A stretch of DNA of 64,000 nucleotides, taken from contig CAWFKQ010000008.1 in the NCBI GenBank assembly GCA_963816395.1, positions 1 through 64,000 on the forward strand, in the 5' to 3' direction. This document shows, in pieces, positions 33,954 to 44,887 of this stretch. The first letter of the stretch is position 1; each line of letters starts with the position of its first letter. The notes beneath the pieces are model-generated. The model worked only from the letters and a program-made list of their open reading frames with translations. It made no database searches and had not been told where the DNA came from. The translations under genes and the position numbers were made by a program. Source of the stretch: an uncultured delta proteobacterium (lineage in GTDB: Bacteria > Desulfobacterota > Desulfuromonadia > Desulfuromonadales > JACZKF01).

Positions 33954-35144
33954 ATGGTCTCCAAATTCCGCCTTCTGTTCGTCCTTTTCGCCCTGTCCGT
34001 TTTGTCGGCCCCCGCCCATGCCGCCGACATCCTGCTCGGCATGTCTACGGCCCTGACCGGCCCCACCGCCGAACTGGGCAAGGGGATGCGCGACGGCGTG
34101 CTGATCGGCCTGGACCGAGCCAACCGAGGCGGCGGGATCGGCGGCCGGCGGCTGCGCCTGCTCCCCCTCGACGACGGTTACGAGCCGGCCCGCACCGTCC
34201 CCAATATGCGCCGGCTGATCGAGGCGGAGAAGGTGCTGGCGGTCATCGGCAACGTCGGCACCCCTACCGCCATCGCCTCCCTGCCGCTGGTGAAAAAAGA
34301 CCGGACCCTGTTCTTCGCTCCCTTCACCGGCGCCGGGGTGCTGCGCCAGGATCCGCCCGACCGTTATGTGATCAATTACCGCGCCAGCTATGCCGAAGAG
34401 ATCGCCGCCATGGTCGATGCCCTGATCGACGCCGGCCTGCAGCCGGCAGACATCGCCTTTTTCACCCAGCGGGACGGTTATGGCGATGCCGGCTTCGCCG
34501 GCGGCTGTGCCGCCCTGAAGCGCCATGGCCTCAAGGATGAGCGGCAGCTGCTGCACGTGCGCTATCCGCGCAACACCCTGGCGGTGGAGAATGCCCTGGC
34601 GGATGTGCTGCTCGCCGGCAGAACGCCGAAGGCGATCATCATGGTCGGCGCTTACGCCCCCTGTGCCAAGTTCATCCGCCTGGCCCGGCAGTCCGGGCTG
34701 CAGGCCCTCTTCCTCAGCGTCTCCTTCGTCGGCAGCGATTTCCTGGCCGAGGCCCTGGGGACCCGGATCGAGGGGGTCATCGTCACGCAGGTGGTGCCGC
34801 ATCCCGACGACGCCACCCTGCCCATCGTCCGCCAGTACCGGGACGACCTGCGCGCCTGGGGCGGCAACGCCCGCCCGACCTTCGCCAGTCTGGAGGGGTA
34901 TGTCGCCGCCCGCATTCTGGCGGCTGCCCTCGCCCGCCTCCATGGGGAACCGACGCGGGAAGGGATTATCGATGCCCTGGAGGGACTCGGTACTTTCGAT
35001 CTCGGTCTCGGCCATCCGCTGCAGCTCGACCGGCAGCGCCATCAGGCAAGCGGTACCGTCTGGCCTACTCTCCTGCGGCAGGGACGGTTCGTGCCGTTTG
35101 CCTGGAGCGATATCCCCTCCCTGCTGGCGAGGCCCAGGCCATGA
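33954..35144 (+). CDS. LivK-like periplasmic solute-binding protein
   Basis: Signal peptide, DDGYEP, GNVGTPT, NYRASY, QVVP, EGY. Confidence 0.88.
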   Translation: MVSKFRLLFVLFALSVLSAPAHAADILLGMSTALTGPTAELGKGMRDGVLIGLDRANRGGGIGGRRLRLLPLDDGYEPARTVPNMRRLIEAEKVLAVIGNVGTPTAIASLPLVKKDRTLFFAPFTGAGVLRQDPPDRYVINYRASYAEEIAAMVDALIDAGLQPADIAFFTQRDGYGDAGFAGGCAALKRHGLKDERQLLHVRYPRNTLAVENALADVLLAGRTPKAIIMVGAYAPCAKFIRLARQSGLQALFLSVSFVGSDFLAEALGTRIEGVIVTQVVPHPDDATLPIVRQYRDDLRAWGGNARPTFASLEGYVAARILAAALARLHGEPTREGIIDALEGLGTFDLGLGHPLQLDRQRHQASGTVWPTLLRQGRFVPFAWSDIPSLLARPRP

Positions 35145-37580
35145 AGAGGATCCGCGATCACGGCCGCACGGTCACCCTTCTGGTCTGGACCCTGGTCGCC
35201 TTCGGCCTGCTGGCCGGCGCCGTCACCAATGCCCTGGTCGGCTGGACCTTGCTGACGCTCAACCGCGAGCGGCTGCAGCTGCTGGAGCAGAACCGGCGGC
35301 TCGGCGACCTGGCCGACCGGGTCCAGCGCCTGGGTCAGGAGGCGCGGGGGGAGGTGAGCGCCCTGCTGCAGGGGGAGCGGGTGCCCGACGATTCCCTGCG
35401 GCTCACCGAATTTTCCCGCCTGCTGGGGGATTTGCAGCGGAACACGACCGATCCTGCCGCTACCGCGGCCCTGGCCGGGGTGGCCGAAGCGGCCGGCGAA
35501 TTGACCGCCCTGCGCCGGCGGGCCGCCGACTGGCTGGTGCGCTCGCTGGCGGTCAACGGCGATCTGGAGGAGAAGCGGACCCTGGGGAAGGCGCGGCGCA
35601 TCCTGGAGCGGCTGCGCGCCGCCGCGGAAACGATGGAGGGGCGCCAGCGCCTGCGGGAAGCCATTCTGCTGCGGCACTGGCGGGAGGCCAGCGGCACGGA
35701 AAAAAGCGCCCTGGCACAGACAATCCTGGAGAACCAGGCGCGGAACCGCTCCCGCATTCCGAACGAGATTCGCACCGAGCTGGCCGAGCTGTCGCGGCTG
35801 GTCGAGACCCTGGCCGGAGAAGCCCAGCTCGATGATCTGGCCGACCTGCGCGATAATCAGCTCAAACCGGTGCTGGAGCGCCTGGAGGGGCAGCTCGGCA
35901 CCCTGGCCGGCGGGCCGGAGGCGAACGGCGACATGACGCCTGCCGCCATCGCCGAACTGAGAGACGTGCTCTTCGGCCGCGGCCATGTCGTCGTCCAGGA
36001 ATACCAGACCATCCGTATCGGCCGCGGGCGGTCTGTTCCGCCTCGCCCGGGACGCCCTCAACCTGCGCCGCGAGCGGGAAGAGCTGCAGGCCCGGGCGCA
36101 GCAGCTGTTCGAGCGCATCGAGGTCATTCACCCGGTCCTGGCCAGTCTGGCCGGCGGCCGCAGCCAGTCGCTCACCCGCCATGCCGAAGACAGCCTGGGG
36201 CGCGGCCTGCGCAAGCTGCTGCTGGCCAGCGTCCTTTTCCTCGGCGGCTTTCTCGGCCTGGGTCTGCTGATCTCCCGGAAAGTCGAGCACCAGGTGCTCA
36301 CCCTGAACCAACTGCGGCAGCAGAACGAGCTGATCCTCAATTCGGCCGGCGAGGGGATCGTCGGACTCGACCGCAGCGGCCGGACCGTCTTCATCAATCC
36401 CGCCGGTGCCCGCCTGCTCGGCGGCGAACCCGACCAGCTGATCGGCCAGCGGCACCAGGAGATCCTCTGCCGTTCCCAGCCGGACAGCGAGGCCTGCAGC
36501 CTGGAGGAAAGTCCCATCGCCACCGTGCTGGAGACGGGCGTTACCCGGCATGACGCCGATCAGGTCTTCTGGCGCCGGGACGGCAGCCGGTTCCCGGTGG
36601 AATACACCGCCACCCCCATTTGCAGTGAGCGGGGGGAAATCGAGGGCGCGGTGGTGACGCTCCTCGATATTGCCGATCGCAAGGCGGCCGAGGCGGCCCT
36701 GCAGCACTCCTACCTGGAACTGGAACGGCACGAGCAGGAGCTCGACCGGCTCAACCGCAGCCTGGAGGAGAAGGTGGCCGAGCGCACCCGGGAGCTGGAG
36801 GTCCAGCACCGGCAATTGATTCGCGTCCAGGAGGAGCTGGCCCGCCAGGAACAGCTGGCGGCGGTCGGCTCCCTGGCCGCCGGGGTGGCGCACGAGATCA
36901 ACAACCCGGCGGCGATCATCCGCGGCAATGCCGAAATCCTGCGCCGCAAGCTGCCGAAGGGAGGACCGGGCGCCGAGGAGGCGGGGGAGATCCTGAAGCA
37001 TACCGACCGCATTTCGCGCATCATCGGCAACCTGCTGAGCTTCGCCCGCAAACAGGCGATCAACCCTGAGGCGGTACAGGTCAACCATCTGCTTGGAGAG
37101 ATCCTCCACCAGGTGCCGCACCAGATCGACTTCCAGCGGGTGCAGGTATTTCCCATTTTCGATCCCGACCTGCCGCCGCTGTGGGGGGACCGGGAAAAAT
37201 TGCGGCAGGTCTTCACCAACCTGATCCTCAATGCCGTGCAGGCGATGGGGGAAGAGGGACTGCTGACCGTCGCCACCCGCCGGGCGCAGGGGATGATCGA
37301 GGTGCATGTGCAGGATTCCGGACCCGGGATAACCGCCGAAAACAAGGGGAAGATCTTCAACCCCTTCTTCACCACCAAAAGGAGCGGTAGCGGCCTCGGC
37401 CTTTCCGTCTCCTACGGGATCGTGCAGGCCCTCGGCGGGAGTCTGGAGGTGGAGAGCGAGCCGGGGAAGGGGGCGCTGTTCCTGGTGCGCCTGCCGCTGG
37501 GCGAGCTTACCCCGGCCGGGAAGGAGTCTGAGCCGCTCTCCGGCAGTGGCGGAAGAAAAAAAGTAGCCTGCGGCAAGTAA
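35141..37580 (+). CDS. Membrane PAS histidine kinase (frameshift ~36025)
   Basis: TM-periplasmic-TM, PAS (FWRRDGSRFPVEY), AHEINNP, FFTTK, GLGL. Confidence 0.85.
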
Positions 37581-37690
37581 AGTAGCGCGCATCAATCCCT
37601 TTTCAATCAGAGGGGCACAACATGGATGGGTGAAACCGGGCCGGTTGCTCACCGGGGTGCAGAGTGGTTTTCGGAGCGGTGACTCGTCTT

Positions 37691-38165
37691 TTACCACTCG
37701 ACGGGGCCGGGTTCCTTTTTGACCAGCAGAATCGAGCAGGGGAGGCGACGAATCAGTTCATTGTTGCTGCGGCCAAAAAGAGAAGTGCTCCAGCTTCCCC
37801 TCTTCATGCGCCAGCATGACCAGCAGGTCGATCTCATATTCCTCCACCGCCTTGACAACCTCGTCAACCGGGTCTCCCTCGCGTATCAGCTCGACCAGCT
37901 TCAGGCCCTCGGACTTTTCCGCCGCTACCAATTTTTCCATATCTTCGCGTGACTCGCGGAGCAGTTTTTGAAAATCCTTCTCCAGAGAGGGAAGGGGGAG
38001 GTTCCAGCCCTCTATCCCGAACGGATTGTGGACCACATGCACCAGATAAAGTTCGGCATTGTTTTGGCGCGCCAGCGAAACTCCCATACGAAATGCTTCC
38101 CGGCAGTTTCTGGTCATTTGGCTGACGACCAGGATGCGGCTGAGCTTTCCCATAGCATCTTTCAT
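37691..38165 (-). CDS. Universal stress protein (frameshift ~37780)
   Basis: RILVV, REGDP, IDLLVM; FG...LIRRLPCSILLV in a second frame. Confidence 0.85.
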
Positions 38166-38573
38166 GCTAACTCCTTTGAAATCAAATAATTATCTAATCT
38201 TTAGTTTATCGCCCGGTGCTGACAAGTCAAAGGTAGGAAGGCCTCAGGTGCGGTTTTGCCCCCGGCATCCCGGGCGCCCGGCCGTGCCGCTGCCGATTTT
38301 TTCGCATATCTGCAAAACCCCCCGTATGCCTCCTCGCACAATTGCAAAACCGCGTTTTCTCTCGCGCTTCATCCCGCGCACCTTTCCCGTCAACTCCCGC
38401 CTGCCTCTGGCATTTACACCCCGCCCCCCTCGCGGACATCGCCATCCTTCCCCGATCCCTGCTTCGGACAATTTGCATTTCTGCGAAAGGCGCCGGCCGG
38501 AAATCTCGCCACAGCACCCGCACAAAACTCCCATCCCTGGTAATAAATGGAACTATTGTGTAAATTCAGAACA

Positions 38574-38590
38574 TTGGTATAGGCGTTGCT
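38574..38590 (+). promoter_or_regulatory. Sigma54 promoter of the Cys-rich/OFA transporter gene
   Basis: TTGGTATAGGCGTTGCT (GG-N10-GC), AT-rich tract upstream. Confidence 0.8.
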
Positions 38591-38632
38591 CTTGGAGAGG
38601 TTGAAGGCACCCAGTCCCAGCCCGAGGCCGCC

Positions 38633-39001
38633 ATGTGCAACAGCACCGTATGCCCCTTCTTCCGCAAAGGCGATGACTACTGTGAGGTCGGCGGCAACGG
38701 GTACATTTCGCCCCACGACGTCACCATGATCATCGCTTACTGCCACAGCCGCTTTCGCACCTGCCCCAAATATGAAGAGCTGTCTCTGCGCTTTCCGCCG
38801 GAGTGGCCCAAGGCGGCCGCGGCGGCTCCGGAGCGGTCTTCCTCCGGCCGGCCGGACCATGGCCGCGGCGGCGAAGTGTCCCCGGAGAAAGCGCTGGTGC
38901 GCCCCTTCCGGGTCAATTGGCCGCTCCCCTTTCACCTGCGCTACACCACCCTCTATCACAGCTTTTGTCCTCATTCCATTCCAACCAAGGAGAGAACCGC
39001 C
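38633..39001 (+). CDS. Cys-rich N-terminal extension or leader, in frame with the OFA transporter
   Basis: MCNSTVCPFF...C...YC......CPKY; GAGG RBS; no stop before ATG 39002. Confidence 0.6.
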
Positions 39002-40325
39002 ATGATGAAAGAAAAGACGGTAACCGTGAAGTCGAAAGGATGGCGCGTGGCCCTGGCGGGCACCGGTATCAACCTGGCGCTGGGTATCCTCTATACCTGG
39101 AGCATCTTCAAGAGCGCGATTGCCCAGTCGATCGCCAAGGGAGGGGAGGGCGCCTTCGCCTGGGACACCGCCTCGATCAACGACCCGTACGCCACGGCCT
39201 GCCTGGCCTTCGCCTTTGCCATGATCCTGGCCGGCAAGTGCCAGGATAAGCTCGGCCCGCGGATTACCGCCATCTTCGGTGGTCTGCTGGTCGGTTCCGG
39301 CTTTATCATGGTCTCCCAGACGACCAGCTACTGGGCCTGGGTCATCGGTTTCGGGCTTCTCGCCGGCACCGGTCTCGGCTTCGGCTATTCCGCCGCCACC
39401 CCGCCGGCCCTCAAGTGGTTCCCGCCTGCCAAAACGGGTATGGTCGCCGGCATCGTCGTCGCCGGCTTCGGTCTGGCCTCCGTCTATATCGCTCCCGCTG
39501 GCCACCTATCTGCTCGGCATCTACGGCTTGCAGAAGGCGATGCTCTTCTTCGGTGTGGCCTTTGCCTTCGTGGTCTGCGGCCTGGCTCTGCTGATCGTCA
39601 ATCCGCCGGCCGGTTTCGTCGCCGATCCCAGCGCCAAGGGGGGCAAGAAGGCATCCGCCAAGCCGGTGGTCGACATCCCCCCCGGCAAGATGCTTACCCA
39701 GGGCCGCTTCTATACCTTGTGGATGACCTACTTCATCGGCGCCGGCGCCGGCCTGATGGTGATCGGCAGCGCCAAGGGACTGGCCAAGGCCAGTATGGGT
39801 GAGATGGCCTTCCTGGTCGTCGCCATCATGGCGGTGGGCAACGCCGCCGGGCGCATCATCGCCGGTCTGGTTTCGGACAAGATCGGCCGCGCCAACACCT
39901 TGTTGATCATGCTGCTGTTCCAGGCCGCCCTGATGTTCGCCGCTATTCCCATGCTCAGCGGCAAGGGGAACGCCATTGTCGTCGCCCTGCTGGTCACCTT
40001 CATGGTGTTCAATTACGGGACCAACCTCGCCCTCTTCCCCTCCTTCGCCAAGGATTACTGGGGGATGAAGAATTTCGGCATGAACTACGGCATCCTGTTC
40101 ACCGCCTGGGGAGTCGGCGGCTTTGTCCTGGTGCGGGTGGCGGAAATGCTCAAGACCAAATTCGGCAGCTTCGCCATTTCCTTTGCCGCCGCCGGCGTAC
40201 TGCTGGTGATCGGCGCCGTCCTCTCTCTGTCCCTGCGGCCGCGCAAGGCCGAAGAGGCCGTGTCTGTCCCGGTTCTGGAAGGAGTCGAAGAAGAGGATCT
40301 GGTATTGGAGAAGGCGAGCCGGTAA
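39002..40325 (+). CDS. OFA (oxalate:formate antiporter)-family MFS transporter (frameshift ~39495)
   Basis: LGILYTWS, QDKLGPR, KWFP..GM..G, GNAAGR, SDKIGR, NYGILFTAWG; AAGGAG RBS. Confidence 0.9.
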
Positions 40326-40340
40326 TTCCACCGAAAATGA

Positions 40341-40410
40341 GCCGGCCCCGCTATGGCGGGGCCGGGAAGGGACGGAGCCGCTCTCCCTGCTGGAGGGCGG
40401 CTCCATTTAT
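40341..40410. terminator. Tandem GC-rich hairpins between convergent genes
   Basis: CCGGCCCCGC-TATG-GCGGGGCCGG and GGAGCCGCTCTCC...GGAGGGCGGCTCC-ATTTATT. Confidence 0.6.
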
Positions 40411-40458
40411 TTGTCGCGACTGCCTGCCGGCGGAATCGATTGCGGACGACCCGCCGAT

Positions 40459-41031
40459 TTACGGGAAGCAGAAAAACAGCTGCGCGGGCAGAACATTGAG
40501 CGGTTCGAAGGCGCGAACCACCCTCGAGAAGGTCTGCTGCAGGGAGGGCAGGACCTTCGGCGAGAACTGATAGACCAGCAGCGCCCCGTCCGGCTGGAGC
40601 ACATCGCGGGTCGTTTGCAGGATCTCCCGCCGCTGCTCTTCCTCGATGGTGCTGAAGGGGATGCCGGAGATCACGTAATCCGGACGCCGGCCTCCCTTAT
40701 CGCACAGGCTCTGGACTTCCGCCGCCGAGCCGTGGACGATCCGCAGCCGCGGGTCGGGCAGGGACTGGCGCAGAAAGGTGACGAACTCCCGGTTGGTCTC
40801 GAAGACGATAAGGGTGGAATCGGGACGCATTCGGCGCAGGATTTCGCGGGTGATGGTCCCCACCCCCGGGCCGTACTCGACGATCACCGCGGCCCGGTCC
40901 CAATCCACCTGCCCCAACAGGCGTCTGATGAGGAAGGCCGAACTCGGAATCACCGACCCCAGCATCTTCGGGTGCATGAAAAAATTCTTCGCGAATAAAG
41001 TGAGTTGTTCATAGCGGGACGGCAGCATCAT
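40459..41031 (-). CDS. Class I SAM methyltransferase, phospholipid N-methyltransferase-like
   Basis: GSVIPSS, VEYGPGVG, ISGIPF, YQF. Confidence 0.85.
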   Translation of the reverse strand: MMLPSRYEQLTLFAKNFFMHPKMLGSVIPSSAFLIRRLLGQVDWDRAAVIVEYGPGVGTITREILRRMRPDSTLIVFETNREFVTFLRQSLPDPRLRIVHGSAAEVQSLCDKGGRRPDYVISGIPFSTIEEEQRREILQTTRDVLQPDGALLVYQFSPKVLPSLQQTFSRVVRAFEPLNVLPAQLFFCFP

Positions 41032-41280
41032 CTTCCCTCATGGTTGGGGTTTTCCCTCGAGAAACTTCAGCCGAATACATCATAGCCGAAATTTTCCGTC
41101 TGAAAAGTTTCCGGGTCCGCTTCTCCTGGTTGTCAGCCGGGCGGGCAGGCACCCCCACGCGGTAGCGGCTTCATTTATCCGCCATTCTGTGATAGCCTCC
41201 GGGGGCTGTTCATGAACCTCTTCATCCTGCCTGCCCACCGGAAATGGCCTGAGCTAAATCTTAGTGAGAGAATTGCGACA

Positions 41281-43179
41281 ATGCAGAATTCCGGGCAATC
41301 CGTTTCTCAGGGACCCAGCGGCCGCTACCTGCTGTTCCTTTCCCTGACCGCCCTCGGCGTGGTTTACGGCGATATCGGCACCAGCCCCCTGTATGCCCTG
41401 CGGGAATGTTTCGGCAGCCATAACCACATTGCGGTTTCCCTGCCCAATATCCTGGGGGTGCTCTCCCTGATCCTGTGGTCACTGATCCTGGTGATTTCCC
41501 TCAAGTACCTGGTCTTCATCCTGCGCGCCGACAATCGCGGCGAAGGCGGCATCCTGGCATTGACCGCCCTGGTGACGCCGGTGCGGGCCTCGGCCACGGG
41601 GGGACGCTGGCTGCTGGTGGTGATGGGGCTTTTCGGCGCCGCGCTGCTCTACGGGGACGGGATGATCACGCCTGCCATCTCCGTGCTGAGCGCCGTCGAG
41701 GGACTGGAGATCGCCACCCCCTTCTTCGCCCCCTACGTCATCCCGATCACCGTGGCTATCCTGATCGGCCTGTTCTGGTTTCAGCACCGGGGTACGGCCG
41801 GTCTTGGGGCGGTTTTCGGTCCCATTACCCTGCTCTGGTTCGTGGTGCTCTCGGTTATGGGAATTTACCAGATCCTGCAGGAGCCGGCGGTCCTGGCCGC
41901 GGTCAACCCCTGGCACGGGATTGACTTCTTTCTCCGCAACGGCTGGACGGGATTTCTGGTTCTCGGCTCGGTCTTCCTGGTGGTCACCGGCGGCGAAGCG
42001 CTGTATGCCGATATGGGCCATTTCGGCTCCCGGCCGATCAAGCTGGCCTGGTTTGCGGTCGTTCTGCCATCGCTGCTGTTCAACTATTTCGGCCAGGGCG
42101 CGCTTTTGGCCAGGCACCCCGAAGCGGTTGCCAACCCCTTCTACCGCATGGCGCCAGCCTGGGGGTTGTACCCCCTGGTTTTCCTGGCCACGGTGGCCAC
42201 CGTCATCGCCTCCCAGGCGGTGATCTCGGGTGCCTTCTCCCTGACCATGCAGGCGGTGCAGCTTGGCTACAGTCCGCGCCTCGATATCGAGCACACCTCG
42301 GCCCGTGAATTCGGCCAGATCTACCTGCCTGCCGTCAATTGGGGACTGATGGTGGCCTGCATCGGCCTGGTCCTCGGTTTTCGATCCTCCGGCCACCTGG
42401 CCGCTGCCTACGGGGTGGCCGTCACCACCACCATGGTCATCACCACCCTGCTGTTCTATTTCGTCGCCACCCATCGCTGGAAATGGCCGGTGCCGCTGGC
42501 CGCTGTCCTCTGCGCCGGTTTTCTGGCCTTCGATCTTTCCTTCTTCGGGGCCAATATCCTCAAGATCGCCCATGGCGGCTGGTTTCCCCTCCTGGTGGCG
42601 GCAATCATCTTCACTTTGCTGGCCACCTGGAAGAGGGGGCGGCAGATTCTCATCCGAAGGCTGCGGATCACCTCCGTTCCGGTCACTTCTTTCCTGCAGA
42701 GCCTGGGGGCCTTTGCCCCGGCCCGGGTGTCGGGTACGGCGGTGTTCATGAACGGCAATCCGGAGGGGACCCCGACGGCCCTGCTCCACAATCTCAAACA
42801 CAACAAGGTGCTGCACGAACGGCTGATCATTCTCACGGTGGCCACCGAAGAGGTGCCCCATGTCCCGCTTCAGGAGCGGGTGGAGGTGGAGCGGCTCGGG
42901 GAGGGGATCTACCGGCTGACCGCCCGTTACGGATTCATGGAGGACCCCGATATCCCCCGGGCACTCTCCCGGGTGAGTCTGGACGGCTGGAAATTCGATA
43001 TGGCGCAGACCACTTTTTTTCTCGGGCGCGAGACGCTGATCTCCACCGAGAAGCCCGGGATGGCGCGCTGGCGGGAAAATCTCTTCATCTTCATGTCGCG
43101 CAATGCCCGTAGCGCCACCTCCTTTTTCGGTCTGCCGCCGAATCGGGTGGTGGAACTGGGAGCGCAGGTGGAGATATAA
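41281..43179 (+). CDS. kup: Potassium uptake permease Kup
   Basis: GVVYGDIGTSPLY, ADNRGEGG, EALYADMGHFG, HNKVLHE, VELG. Confidence 0.97.
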   Translation: MQNSGQSVSQGPSGRYLLFLSLTALGVVYGDIGTSPLYALRECFGSHNHIAVSLPNILGVLSLILWSLILVISLKYLVFILRADNRGEGGILALTALVTPVRASATGGRWLLVVMGLFGAALLYGDGMITPAISVLSAVEGLEIATPFFAPYVIPITVAILIGLFWFQHRGTAGLGAVFGPITLLWFVVLSVMGIYQILQEPAVLAAVNPWHGIDFFLRNGWTGFLVLGSVFLVVTGGEALYADMGHFGSRPIKLAWFAVVLPSLLFNYFGQGALLARHPEAVANPFYRMAPAWGLYPLVFLATVATVIASQAVISGAFSLTMQAVQLGYSPRLDIEHTSAREFGQIYLPAVNWGLMVACIGLVLGFRSSGHLAAAYGVAVTTTMVITTLLFYFVATHRWKWPVPLAAVLCAGFLAFDLSFFGANILKIAHGGWFPLLVAAIIFTLLATWKRGRQILIRRLRITSVPVTSFLQSLGAFAPARVSGTAVFMNGNPEGTPTALLHNLKHNKVLHERLIILTVATEEVPHVPLQERVEVERLGEGIYRLTARYGFMEDPDIPRALSRVSLDGWKFDMAQTTFFLGRETLISTEKPGMARWRENLFIFMSRNARSATSFFGLPPNRVVELGAQVEI

Positions 43180-43186
43180 ATTAGCT

Positions 43187-44103
43187 ATGGTCACCTATCT
43201 GAAACTTTTTGGGACGGCCTTTTTCTGGGGCGGAACCTTTGTCGCCGGGCGCCTGCTCGCCCATGACGTCGACCCTTCCTCGGCGGCCTTTTTCCGCTTC
43301 GTCATCGCTTCCTTCTGCCTGCTGATCATCACCTGGCGGGTGGAGGGCCGCTTCCCCGTCTTGAACCGCCGCCAACTGGCGGTGATCGCGGCGCTGGGGC
43401 TGACCGGGGTGTTCTCCTACAACCTGTGCTTTTTCAAGGGGCTCTCCCTGATCGGCGCCGGCCGTGCCGCCCTGATCATCGCCCTCAATCCCGTTTTCAT
43501 CACGCTTTTTTCCGCCATCCTGCACCGGGAGCGGCTGCCGTTTTCGAGGATCGTCGGCATTTTGCTCTCCGTCTCCGGGGCGATCTGGTCATCTCGGAGG
43601 GTCATCCGGGCCGGACCTTCGCCCGGGGACCGGGTCTGGGGGAGCTTCTGATTTTCGGCTGCGTGATCTCCTGGTCGCTGTACTCGGTGATCGGGAAATC
43701 GGCCATGCGCGGTCTTTCTCCCCTGGTGGCTGTCTCCTATTCCGCTTTCGCCGGAACTCTCTTTCTGCTGCTGCCGGCGGGCCTGCACGGAGCGTTTGCC
43801 CAGGCGGTACACTTCAGCTGGGGTTCATGGTTGAGCATCGGGTACCTGGGGGTGTTCGGAACGGTGATCGGTTTTCTCTGGTATTTCCAGGGGATAGAAA
43901 GGATTGGCGCCGCCCGGGCAGGGGTTTTCATCAATTTCGTGCCGGTGAATGCCGTGTTATTGGCCGCCCTGTTCCTGGGGGAGTCGCTCACCTTGTCTCT
44001 GGTCAGCGGCGGGTTGCTGGTCATCGCCGGCTCCTATCTGGCCAATGCTGCCCGGCCCGGCAAACTGTTCCCGCCGATGGGCCGACCGGCAAAGGCCATT
44101 TGA
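43187..44103 (+). CDS. EamA/DMT transporter (frameshift ~43585)
   Basis: FWGGTF, two EamA repeats, FINFVPV, FLGE. Confidence 0.88.
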
Positions 44104-44175
44104 TCCTTCCTGCCCTCGGCGAAAAATACCGGTCCGGCGAAGGAATAGGAAAGCTTCGCCGAGGGCGGGGTCAAG

Positions 44176-44209
44176 AAAAAAGCCGCCCCCAATCGGGGCG
44201 GCTTTTTTT
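44176..44209. terminator. Bidirectional intrinsic terminator
   Basis: AAAAAAGCCGCCCC-CAATC-GGGGCGGCTTTTTTT. Confidence 0.88.
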
Positions 44210-44227
44210 GTCTGGTGACGGGGAGGT

Positions 44228-44623
44228 TCAGGGAACGGCGCCGGCGAAAAACTGCTCGTGGGCGATGCTGTAATCGAAGACGTCGTGGAGGGAGACGCCG
44301 AGGGGCTTCATCAGGAACAGCGCCATGGTGCCGATCATCAGCAGGGCGGCCGTCCAGTTGAGCAGCCCTGTCAGCCAGGGCCAGTCGGCGGGGGAGGCGG
44401 TACGGCGGAGTTCCCGCCGCTTCTTTTCCTCTTCCGCGTCTTCCCGTACCATGGCCCTGGCCGCCCGCCGCATGATCCGTCCGGAAGTCAGGAAAATGAT
44501 CGAGGAGACGAAAAATTGCGGCATCAGCTGGACCGGCATGGCCCCGGAGACCATCATGGCTGCATAAAAAGCCATGGAACATAAACCAAGGGCGGTCAGG
44601 CAATTGCCCAGTTTTGCTCCCAT
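44228..44623 (-). CDS. Hypothetical membrane protein (about 3 TM)
   Basis: AAGGAG RBS, hydrophobic segments, ends just before the terminator. Confidence 0.7.
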   Translation of the reverse strand: MGAKLGNCLTALGLCSMAFYAAMMVSGAMPVQLMPQFFVSSIIFLTSGRIMRRAARAMVREDAEEEKKRRELRRTASPADWPWLTGLLNWTAALLMIGTMALFLMKPLGVSLHDVFDYSIAHEQFFAGAVP

Positions 44624-44887
44624 GTTGGCTCCTTCTCGTTGAGGCGCCGGCCGGCGGCTCGATTCGGCGGAGCGAGTTCTGTTAAAAATTAGCCGCTGTC
44701 CAAAAATAAGTCAAGACCAAAGACTGAACAATTCAGCCGGCGGCGGAACTCCTGGGGGCTGGTTGCATCCCCGTGGGCAGCCGGTATCCTTTGAAATGAC
44801 AGGGTAAGCCTGCTATCCAGGAAAAGGGAAAAGGCCGTTTCGGATGGATGATCCGCTGCCCAGGAGGGAAAGATCCCGGCCACTGAG

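Noticed and set aside
41041..41280. c-di-AMP riboswitch upstream of kup
   Set aside because: Conserved ydaO elements not recognisable
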